Part shown: positions 1 through 11,178 of the stretch, piece by piece | Numbering within the stretch: position 1 is the first letter of the stretch | Layout: each line of letters starts with the position of its first letter | Origin: Balanoglossus misakiensis | Lineage: Eukaryota > Animalia > Hemichordata | Assembly: GCA_040954595.2 (NCBI GenBank) | Contig: CM082576.2 | Span: forward strand, 16,787,028 to 16,851,027 | DNA length: 64,000 bases | Direction of reading: 5' to 3' | Made by a program: the position numbers and the translations under genes | Notes under the pieces: model-generated | Told to the model about the DNA's origin: nothing | Database searches by the model: none | Seen by the model: only the letters and a program-made list of their open reading frames with translations

Positions 1-1282
1 CAGTATTTATAGTATCTCAGCTTGGAATGATCAGGTAGAAAAACTAATGAGGATACTGTTACAAAGATGTATTTAGTGATTCAACCAAAAAATATTTCTT
101 TAACAGTACACATTAAAACCAAGCATTGGTCCAGCTAGTTTTATCAGGCTTGGTTATCCTGGTATTATGTTGTCAGTAATTATATGTTGTTATGTACGGT
201 AGTTACTCTTATTATTAAAGACCATTTTATTTGATATGTGGTTGTTGAAAATAAATAATTCTGGCTAACCCATCCTGACTGAACGTATGACAAAATCATC
301 AATAGTTTCTGTATACATTTTCCCTCCAGGGTTATGAGCACACTTGTACCGTACCGATCCAGCACTCCTGTACAGAGCTGAGACGGTGCCAGGGTTAGGA
401 TGGCTCCTCAAGAGAAAACTTTATAAGGAAGAATTGGAACAAAAATGGCCGACTCCAGAAAAGGTAAGATGATCCATTTTGTTTGGGCAACTGGAAGCTC
501 TAAAATCCTGTCTGTAGTGCAGTGTTCGGAGCCATACTTGTGACGTCTTCCTTTTGTAATCTCCACAAATTATAATGATTCAGAACTGAAATCATGTTGG
601 CAATAATGCTGAGATCTTTCCTTACAGTTTCAAAACAGTTGTGGGGTTGGGATATGTGGATGAGACTTCCGGACATCAGACAAGGAAGAGAATGTATCAT
701 ACCGGATATATCATGAACGTGTCACTTTGGATCCGCAGGAATTAATATGAACTTATACTTCCAGGTTGGTGTACTCTGCTTTGCAATTAGTTCTCCATTA
801 TGACAAATGTTCGTTTTTAATGACAGTGTTCAAACGATCGAAATTCATTAAATTTTTATTACTGCAGCTGTGAAAACTTCCTTTCAAAAGCCACTTTAGT
901 GTAAAGATTTAGATCATCCCATTGTAAAAATTGGAGATACAGAACATTTTAATATTTCTAGACAAAGACAATTACAGAAACAAGCTCCAGCTACTCTCAT
1001 CTTAACCATAGACACTCGAGTCTTCTTATTTTCAATGTTTTAACCAATGACTTTTTGATTTTCAGGACCTGTATTTTAAACAGCATCCTCTCAACATAGC
1101 GCCGCATGTCGAACTCAAAAACGTGGACAGAATGAAGAAAGACGCCTATGGCGAGGATAGTTATTTAATCAGCAATGCTGAGGTGTTAGATCACAACAAA
1201 TCCCCGTGTGAAGATGGATTCGTACCGGAAACTTCTGATGTTCCATGGACAGGACTATGAGACATGGACTGAACTCGCCAAG
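1..1282 (+). pseudogene. POMGNT1: POMGNT1-like (protein O-mannose beta-1,2-GlcNAc transferase 1) unprocessed pseudogene fragment, 5' part outside the window
   Basis: GT-AG exons: 1-34 (SIYSISAWNDQ), 330-463 ([43 protein letters not shown]), 639-764 ([41 protein letters not shown]) and 1066-1282 (DLYFKQH...AEVLDHNKSPCED...DYETWTELAK). These are colinear with the POMGnT1 catalytic domain as I recall it. Lesions: 5-bp GTACC duplication near 346-355, TGA at 714-716, deletion/frameshift near 1240. No downstream exon recognised. Confidence 0.88.
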
Positions 1283-2170
1283 GTGAGGTCGATAAATCAA
1301 CCCAGTGTTGACTTTGTAGAGTGTTATGTGACGTGTGAGCGAACGATACAAGAAAATGATTGTTTTGAAGGGCCGTAATAAAGATGATACACCCCCAAAA
1401 CGGATCTGTGGAAACGATACAAAATATCACCTTTAAAATAGCATCATGTCACCCTTTCTTGATACAGGTGGTCAGTAAATCCCAGTTTTATCCAATAACA
1501 GTTGATTTGGTGTTTAACACAACTTTACAGAATGATTTAAATGTGAAACTTAAACGCTGCACGTACCATCATGAAGTTCGAATGACATCAAGGAACTGAA
1601 ACAGGAGAAATCCTAAATCAGTGGATGTTGGAAGCATAGGTTGTCCAAGGCATATTTAAGACAAGTAACTCAATTCAATTCCATACAAGTAAAATTTAGG
1701 AAAGGGCCATGGGTAGTGATATCTATTCTCCGTATGCGAATTATCTCATTTACACGGCAGGACGTCAAGCTTCTTCGGACATCGTCTGCGAGTTTGATGC
1801 TGGGTTTGGTATCACCGCGGGATTTCGTAGATTTTTTCGGTATAAGAAGAATGCCAGAAAGCGGGCTTACTACAGTATATTGTAAGTACATGCATACATG
1901 GAAGTTTTATTCCGTGGTTTGAAAATGTCGAAATTTCAGTCATGCACGCGTTAAGTGACCACCACCATCATCTCGGATTAACCAGGCGCAGTAAATTTGA
2001 ACTATTTTTTCCGGTATTTTGGTATATGTATGCATCGACTACATTTTGTGTTTAACTCTTTAAAACATGCGAAACAGGTAACCGAGGTTTGAGATAAAGG
2101 GGCTTTTTGTGCCGTTTAACACGATAGGACGTCTGTTGTTTGTCCTGTGTCATGTAAACTGCCTACCGCC

Positions 2171-2429
2171 TAACCACGTGAGATCTCGCAGGTTCTCGTA
2201 GAGTTAGGAAAGTGGTCTATAAATTATCCGATTTATATTATTTTGCAGTTTCCAGCATCGAGGTGTCGTCAGGGAACGAATTATCCATCAGCTTTTCTAT
2301 TCTATGCAGTCGACGGGTAAGTAACAGAAACTGAGCTTACTCTCAGATACATGTACCTACAATCGCTTGCACTGATCAAATAGAATACTTTCCGAACCTC
2401 ACGAGAGGTTGCGAGTTCTCGCGTGGCTA
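2171..2429. mobile_element. MITE-like element with ~50-bp imperfect terminal inverted repeats
   Basis: 2171-2220 (taaccacgtgagatctcgcaggttctcgtagagttaggaaagtggtctat) is an imperfect reverse complement of 2380-2429 (atagaatactttccgaacctcacgagaggttgcgagttctcgcgtggcta). Confidence 0.55.
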
Positions 2430-2445
2430 TACTGTAATAAAATAG

Positions 2446-2720
2446 TGTGACGGAAGCCCGGGCGTTCCGCCTATGGAAAACCGGTAGCGCAGACGGACCC
2501 GCTAAAGCCTCTCACAAACAGCGCTGTCTTCACACGCGGCGGTAGGAACTCGCCGGAAAGCAAGCGTCTCGTCGAAGAAATCTGCCCACACCGAGCAGCT
2601 GAGGTAAACACGTCTCAGATCTCGCGATCGGTGACCCGGGGCCGGCTATCCGGGAGGGATAAAACAGGACTAAACAGGAAAAGTAATGCGCCGCACATTA
2701 GGACCGGCCGACCGCCCATC
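2446..2720. mobile_element. Possible truncated LTR-like fragment replacing the 5' end of the TRIM gene
   Basis: Starts TGTGACGG, is GC/CpG-rich against an AT-rich background, and abuts the broken B-box directly. No second LTR or TSD seen. Confidence 0.3.
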
Positions 2721-2721
2721 T

Positions 2722-4438
2722 ATGTCAGTATTGGTGTGTCGTGACTGCACAGTCACCAAGCACCGGATTCCTGATCATTTCCACAGAGACTTGCGGGAGG
2801 TGCAAGTTGACTACGGCAGACAGTTGTCAGAGATGGTGGACAGACTGAAGGTCAAGGCCTCTGAGATAGATGAAGTCCGAGTTGAGGTCAGACGCCGGAA
2901 GGAAGGAGCGAGAGAGAGGATAGAGGAGGAAGTACAGAAACTCAACAGGAAAGAGGAATCTCTTGTGTTGGAAGTACAGAAGAAAAAAGACCAACTGTCA
3001 GAGTTCCTGACTAAATCACACAATCAAAAGATCAAAGATTTTCAGAGTGAAATGGAAGATCTTGATTTTAAACATGCGAGTGTTATGAGCATGCGCAACT
3101 ACGTGGAAACACTGACAGAAAAGCGTAGCCCAGCTCAGCTACTCTCTTCTAGAGAAGCAACTGTCCACCACATCAAGAAATTGGTGGCCATGGAAACCAA
3201 GACAAATATAGCAGACATCATTGCAGAATTTTATCCCTCTGACAATACAGCAGATGAACTACTGGGACTGGTCAGATGTGATGTTTGTATCGAGCAGTGC
3301 ACGTATGGAAAGATGCCAAAACGTGTACGCAGGGGAGAAGTATTGAAGATAGACATCACAACCAGAGACAACTGTGGGAGACAAGTTATCCCTAGACAAG
3401 AATTGAAAGCAACGGTGATAAAACCCAACGGAGCACAGGAGAGTCTTGAAGTTACAGATAACAGAGATGGTACGCATTATGTGGTCATAAACACACCAAT
3501 AGTTGGCAAGTACATCATTAACTTGACAATAGACAAGGAGCCAATACCAGGATCCCCTGTAAACTTTACTGTCCCTAGAGGTCGTCTGAAAAAGACGCTC
3601 GGCAGAAAAGGTGACAACGAAGGACAGCTGCACTTTCCAATTTCATTGGCCATAAACCGAGATGGATATTTAGTTGTGGCTGAAGTACATAACGGTTAAC
3701 CATAGAATTCAAGTAATGGACTCTAATGGGAATTGTAAAGGAGTGTTCTCATTCAAAGAATTCAAGAGAGACTTTCGACCGTATGATGTGGCTGTATCCG
3801 CTGATAACAAGTACTTGATGACAGATGGTGGTGACAAGCAAGTGGTTGTCAGTGACGACAATGGAGAAATAGTCAGATGCTTTGGACAAGATGAGCTGAA
3901 GTATCCACGAGGTATCTGCATCAGTCCTCTAGCTGGCCCTGTTTATGTGTCAGACTGGGATGGAGAGTATGGGGATGGCACAGACAAGAGTACACACTGT
4001 GTCAGGAAATACACACAGGATGGTCAATACATCAAATCAATTGGAGAATTTGGTGATAAAGATGGAGAATTCAACGGACCAATTGCCATGGCAACAGACG
4101 GCCAAGGCATTTTGTTCGTCGCTGAATGTGGCAACCATCGCGTCCAGGTGTTCAGCGCAGATGACCAGTTCTTGTACAAGTTTGGAATGGCTGGGACCGA
4201 CACTGGTCAGTTGTGGGTGTTGACAGGTCTGTGTCTTGATAAAGACAGATACCTGTACGTGGGCGATCTGAAAAGCCGCATCCAGAAGTTTGACTCTAGC
4301 GGACGGTTCATTTGCCGAGTTGACACCGATGAAGATGATTTGAGGAATAGCTGGGGACTGGCATTGTTACCTGGTAGTGTACCTAGAATGGCTGTGGCTG
4401 ACAGTGAACATAACTGCATCAAAGTACTTGAACTATAG
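2722..4438 (+). pseudogene. TRIM-NHL (TRIM2/3/71-like) intronless copy: partial B-box, coiled coil, filamin repeat, NHL repeats; 5'-truncated and frameshifted
   Basis: ORF 2686-3699 holds a B-box tail (VCRDCTVTKH), a coiled coil and a filamin repeat (DNRDGTH...IPGSPVNF). ORF 3674-4438 holds NHL repeats (GNHRVQVF, PRGICI). One extra T at ~3696 (GGT-T-AAC-CAT-AGA) breaks G-N-H-R. RING and first B-box are absent. Confidence 0.85.
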
Positions 4439-4494
4439 AAGAATTCGCCTTCTGATGAGATGGGCAGCGGTAAGACCAAAATGACGACACACAA

Positions 4495-4685
4495 CCCTCA
4501 CAAAAAATATGTTCTATAGAGTTCTACAACATTCTATATTTATTGATGCTTCAAGAAATTTCAATAGTGAAAGAGTTAAAAACTTCATATACATTCAATA
4601 GATGTCCATAATAATTCTTTAAATTTCTATAGAAATTCATTGGTAATAGATTTGTATAGATGTCTACAGAATGTTTTTGTAAGGG
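4495..4685. mobile_element. Non-autonomous TIR element with CCC...GGG ends and 2-bp AA TSD (CACTA/EnSpm-like MITE)
   Basis: aa|ccctcacaaaaa ... tttttgtaaggg|aa, with internal ctatag/ctacag subrepeats. Confidence 0.55.
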
Positions 4686-4959
4686 AACAATAATAAACAG
4701 TCAATGTTTGGAAAAAAATCTTCCAACTAGAACATTAATTGTGGGGTTTTATTTTCTGGGGTAAATAAGATGGATACAAGGTTGTGAAGTCACTTTGTCC
4801 ATCAACAAAACTCTGGGTATATATGTATATAAATTGTAAGATTTAACTCATCTTGGTTACTTCTCAGAATAAAGCAATTTCTGACGCTATACACTGGTTA
4901 TGTAAGTTACTTTTTAATCATATTCTCGGAAAGATGGAATCCACCACCTCTAAGACACA

Positions 4960-5554
4960 GGTCACATCAAGACCCAGGAGATCCTTCGCTTACCGAATGA
5001 TGCAGGTTTTATTTTTAATCACACGTTCGACAAAACCCATCGTGGCGCTGCTGCCAAAATGTTTGCGGTGAAACGTTGTGACAATAGATTTTTCTGTCCT
5101 ATTAATACTTTGGAGGAATATATAAAATTGTCCTATTCCTTATGTATTGACTTACGCACAGGTCATATCTTCCGCCCTACCAGACCCGATGGGCAGGTTG
5201 AACAAAAAGAAATGTCCTCCCAGGCCATGTATCACCGCCTGAAATCTTATTTACAAGAGTTAAATTTAGATAGCGGTGAAACACCCCATCGTTGCCGTAG
5301 TGCATGCGCCATTACATTGTCTTTAGCTGCAGGGTACTGATATTCAGGGGTTACTGAAGCACATCGGTTGGAGGTCGGAAGAGATGATCAATCATTACAC
5401 TAAATTGTCAAACTTGATAGCAGTGGATAAGGTTTCCGCAACTCTTGCGCATATTGTGGATAAATGTCAACATATTACCAAGGAATATGATCACAGAGAG
5501 AAGTTAAGGGGTGTTACACCTGCCTTTAAGAAATGGCACTTTCCTACGACATAA
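4960..5554 (+). mobile_element. Tyrosine recombinase C-terminal fragment (DIRS/Ngaro- or Crypton-type element relic)
   Basis: Translates GHIKTQEILRLPNDAGFIFNHTFDKTHRG...CPINTLEEY...GHIFRP...GETPHRCRS (HxxR). After a frameshift at ~5333 it continues GTDIQGLLKHIGWRSEEMINHYTK (H/W and catalytic Y positions). Confidence 0.75.
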
Positions 5555-8500
5555 ACTGACAAAACTTTGTATTAATGTGTTAATAAAAGTGAAATATTTC
5601 TGCATGCCCTAGTCTTCCTTTCATTGAGGTTTTGGGATATTTAGGAAAGGGGGAATGTATGATAGGATTGGGTGATGAGAGGTGTGAGTGTTTGGAAATT
5701 ATGATACCCGATAGGTCGTTCACTGAGGTTGGGATAGCTGCAAACAATGCGAGCTTCCAAATCCTTAACAATAGGCAATATTCTTGAGCGGAGTGATTAG
5801 GCTTTAAATATTATATAAGTTGAACTTCCACATTGTCCACCCGCATGACAAAGTACAACGCTTTCCCAACGCTGAACTCAAAACAATCAACATGACTGAA
5901 CTTTAAATCGTATCATGATTAATCATCATCATCTTCTATTATATAGTGTTTCCGTCAAATATTTTGCTGTATCTTGGCAAGTGATTCCCCTGACGGCATC
6001 ATATACAGCGACAGACAGGTTGGCATGAAGGAGACTTTCACTTTACTGAAACAGTGTTCGACGGGGTTCAGGGGAGCATATGCCTCGGTCATCCAACTTG
6101 AACTTTTTGCTGACTGATGCTGTAAAGCATCCCTTGGAATATATCATGTATTTTTGTCGGCTCCATTTTCTTCAAGTTCAGACAAAACAAGTGTTCGCAG
6201 ATCTCTCCTCAACGAATGTCCACGTTGAAATTGTTTTGAGCGATTAGTCAGAATGCAAACATGCCTGCTGAACACACTGGAGGTATATTCATGTCAATAT
6301 GCCGAGTGCCAGTTAAGCTATGCCATTCAACCACAGCAAGCACCCGTTTACCATATTCCAGCAAGCTAATATTATAAAAAAATGTGACCAGTATTGCAGA
6401 ACATCTCACTATTCTTGATAGATTTATATCTTGAGACAATTAATACTCTCTGAGATATTAATTCAGTGAACTAAATATGTTGAGATATGAGTCTTTAGAA
6501 CCCTTTTCCAGACATTTTCCCTGAGACTTCTTTCTGATCATAATGTTATTTATCTCTCTATGACTTGATATGTTAACTTTGATAATTAACTTCAAATGAA
6601 GGTAGGGTGAGCCTCTGGGCCAGATTTTCATTCAAAAAATATCACAGCGACCCCCATTTTTATAGAGGAATTCGCCTGATGTGAGATGCAAACCATTCTC
6701 AATTACACTAGATTCAGATTACTTCTGTACATGTTTTCGACATATTATAATTATCGTTCCAACATTACTGTCTGTGAGACTGATTTCTGTGGCTGTATGC
6801 TACTGTCAGGCAAGTTCTAATGACATTTGCCAAACATAATTACATACAGATGTCACACACTGACAAATCTTATATGCATGTATTCGCCCAACAAGACAAT
6901 AACATTGAAGATATTGAAGAAGAAAAAAATGCTGATTTTTATAAAGCTTATACACATATGAACTCTGAAAGGAAATGGAGCTCACCTGTGATTTTTTTAA
7001 TTATTTATCATGGTTTACAATCTTACAAGAACATAGTATATTTACCTGGCCATATCCAACCTGTTCAGTCAAAATACATGTACTATTAAAATCACCATGG
7101 TAAATTTGTTTCTTCAAAATCATAAAGTCAATGTTAATACCCAGCATTAGGTTATTGCTCATACGTTTGTGTGGAACTTTAACTGTCAATACTGTTCGTA
7201 TCACCAAGTTTTGGCAAGAAAAGCTTGTCCACTGCAGGACCGCATTATCGGAAACTTAACTGAGCTTTGAGGAAGTCGCAGCTACGTGGCAGTAACATTT
7301 CATTTGGGACCACTTTTGCATTCACACTTCTCATAAACTCAATTATTAGGCATGTCATAAATTCTTTAAAAGCGTCATGGGCGTTGTATGTGCATACTTG
7401 TGGAGTAACCACGGCATTAAGATAATAAAACAAAACAAATAATTACGGTAGGATTAAATTTCAATTTTCAATCAATCAAAGTACAGGGTTCGTGATAAAG
7501 GCCATTGTGAATGATAGGTACATGTGATGATAAGCCAGTTGATAAAACCAAGGAATTAAATGTGTTTTCGGTAATTTTAAGCCTGAAGCAAATACCTACC
7601 AACTTGAAGGTTTGCCAAATTGTGTTGAAAATTCCCTACATTGACACAGCAAGCCCTTGCATGCTCATTTGAAAACTGAAAATATTTTACCATCACCCAC
7701 TTCAAATTTCGACATTACCTAGACAACAGGTTTATTTTTGCATGAGTAGTGTGTATGCAAGTATACAATGTATACTTAGTCATGATCTGTAACTGAAAAT
7801 ATATTACTCTTCACATGACACAGCACTTCCTGTGTTGCCTTTTTACATTGCTATTTTGTGTACTTTTGAAGATTTTATAAATATCGGGGGGGGGGGGTCA
7901 TTGGCGATTGGTACAAGGACAGAATTTTGGGTGCAAAATTTGGCAAAATTTCTCCAATTTCATTGGAATTTGCCTATGACACCCTGCACATGCGACGTCC
8001 GAATAGTCATCACCGGCATGTCAACAGATATCTTTTCATGCCAATAGAGAAGCAAATATCTTGTCCATTTCACACCATCCAATTAATACCTGAATTTGCC
8101 GATGACGTTCTGATTATGTGCCTTATGTATACGTTAATTATAGACGTGTGAGAGCATATGTGCTTAGCATAACATATTTCTGGTGTTTTAAACGGAACCC
8201 GTATAAAGAATTACACGTGCCCATGTTTCTAATGAATGATAGTCAATGAGATCGTTTCCCTAAAATACACATGTACCATTTCTCATGTTTATTTTACTTC
8301 AAATAGTTTCCCAAAAATTCCAATCCTTAACTTTATTTACACCACATTTAAAAATAATAGTACTGATCAAACCAAATTGCTACGGGCCCTCTATTTACAA
8401 ATCGTTCACAAATCAACTGTTTTTTTTTTTGTTATTTTTTTTTAATTTCCAGCTTGTACCTGTAAACGTTTCTGTGTAGAGTATTAGTCACTGAAAATCC

Positions 8501-10369
8501 ATCCCTTGTAACCCAAGTAGTGAATATTGATCATGCATGGACGGATGCTAAAATAACCGTGAAATCAGAACAATTGTATACAAGGAACTGAAAGAGTGTG
8601 TCAACTATATCCAACTAAGGTAGCAACCTGAATATACTGATAAAAATTTGTCTGGCAGTTTATAAGGAAACCCGGATATTATCCACAAAATTGTATCAAA
8701 CATACCTATTCTCTAATAAATTTTAGCTTAATCCGTATTGTTCTGTTAACTGCGGAAAGCGACTTATCTTAATATATTCAAAACATTAAATTGTTGTTTG
8801 AGAGCCTATAAAGTTTACTTCTATGCACCATTTTTTTATTGTTGCATTGAAGGGTTTCCTTGGTTTTGAATATTAATCATGCATTGTTACTGTTCATAAA
8901 TTATGAACTTATGAAAATGAAGAAAAAGTAAATATTAAAACAAATAAAAACATTTATGGAAATTGACAGTAGATAAATGGCAAGAATTTGCAGAAATACA
9001 TAACTATCAGAAGTTTGATTGACAATATTACTTTCTGCAAAGCTATGGAATGTATTGGACATGTTACCAAGGTTACATTCATTCCTGTCATCAAAAATTG
9101 TCAATGAATACAACAAGTACTACGATTGTGACTTTGCTGATAAGAAGATGGTTTCCTGGAATGAAAAAAGGAAATAGTGTCAGCTTCCAGAGGTGATATA
9201 ATGAGCAAAAGGAAGGCAAATGCTCAAATACATTGCAGTTCTTGCGCATTTTATACGTCTCTGGCAAATATCAAGAATTAAATACTACGAAACTATAAAA
9301 TCGTGATATATGAATATAACGTTCCGACTTAAATTTAGGGCGACATAAAGTATACTGTTTTTTTTGCCGCGCTATGCTGAAACGGCTATCAACTGTCCAG
9401 TGTGAACCCGCTTTTTATGTAAAAGATCTTGCTGGGGCGTCGGTCGCCTCTCTCCCTAATGGACTCAGAGGGCAGCACGTAATGAGTCATGGCGAGTATT
9501 GTGCAGGGCTAAATCAATATCCAAGATGGAAGGGTATAGGCATTTCAGTTGTTTCTCTTAATCTGACCGATACCTATTTAGGGTTCAATGTCATGGACAT
9601 AAAAAAAATATGTTACCGACTCCAATTTCTTTGTCAAATTACTAGTATGCCCTCTACGGTCAATTTGGCGTGCGTGCTTCGAACAGATTCCCCGTGGAAA
9701 ATAAATTAGTTTTATCCATACGTAAAATATTTTGTTTCCGGGCATTCCATCCGTGTTTGTGCCCCAAAGCTACATGATTCTTATATCAGAACCACTTTAA
9801 GCAGATAGACGACCTCACAGTTTTAGAAACTTCTACTTGTAGTCACCACTTTTACAATTTTTACTTTTACTATTTGTACTTTTCTGTTTTAAACTTTTCA
9901 TTTTTATACTTTATAGTAGGACCCCATGGTAGATTACAACCTTATAGGGGTCTCTACCCCTGTTTGAGTATTGTAAATGGGAAATTTGTCCTTAGTTTTC
10001 TGACCAAATAAACAAAGTTGCCAAGAAAGGCTTTATGGAATGGTCTCAATATTACATTCCTTCGAACAACCATGTGATAATTTTGTTCACCTTGCAATGA
10101 TTTTGTGAAATAAATTTATTCATACCTGAACTGGAATCATCGATTGGGTCACCAGCAGTGTCTGTCGAATTGACTGGAAGAATAAAGACATATACAGTCT
10201 GTGTTAACCCTGTGTTTATCAGTGAAGAGCTCATCAAATTATTCAGTTTGCTTGACGTCGAAGCAGCATAAAACGACATATGATATAATATACTTTGGCC
10301 GAGAGAAGCGTCAGAAACATCTCGGTTGTAATTAAGGTTTTCATGGCTACAGTGAAAACTTCAAATACA

Positions 10370-10715
10370 TTCATTCAATCAATCAATCAAAACATTTATA
10401 TGGCGCCAATATCCAGAGTACTGTTCAGTGGCGCCCGATGGTTGTTCACACACTGTAGGCTTTTTTAAACAAGCAAGTCTTCAGTTTTCTCTTGAAGGAG
10501 TCGAGACTGGGAGCTAGACGAATGTCATCAGGTAGTGAGTTCAGTGCTTTGGAGCAGCATAAGAAAATGAACGTCCTCCATAGTTGACTTGTTTGTAATG
10601 TGTTATTGTCAGAAGGTTCTTTTTCCGAGACCTTAAGCTGCGTGAAGGGGTATATCGATTAACCATGTCAGAAATTTACTCCGGGGTAATGGCCTTATAT
10701 GTAAGAAGCATTGTC
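10370..10715 (-). mobile_element. L2/CR1-group LINE, 3' fragment
   Basis: Minus strand reads LLTYKA...RYTPSRSLRS...YGGRSFSYAAP...NSLPDDIR...SFKRKLKTCLF, followed by a (TTGA)n/(ATGA)n tail. Confidence 0.75.
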
Positions 10716-11178
10716 AGTCGACAGTTAATGCTGCAATATGTTCAAGCTTCCAATAGTTAAAGGTGTGTATATACTAATGGGATTAGTCAGCATCTCCGTG
10801 TATATCTGTCCGTCGCTAAATTTTGACAATGTTGGTATGATTATTTCATTTTATTCACTTAAACATACCGAAGGAAAACACTCTTTTCATGGCTCGATTA
10901 ACAGCCCATATATGGACATTACGCGTCATGACCACCATTTAATATTTGGTCGGTACAAAAAATTATATTGTAGATGGTTAGGCTCCTATACCCATGTGCA
11001 GTGTTCGGAATGCGTTATAGAACTACTGGTCATTGTTTGAGTGACCATTTTGCGAAACAAATGGCCTGATCTTGGGACTGTGGTGTTGGCATTGAAATGT
11101 TCTCAAGAACAGAAAACTCGTCCACAAAAGCTGATGTTTAGATAGAGAGTCTGTCAGAAACTGACACAGGTGACGTAC

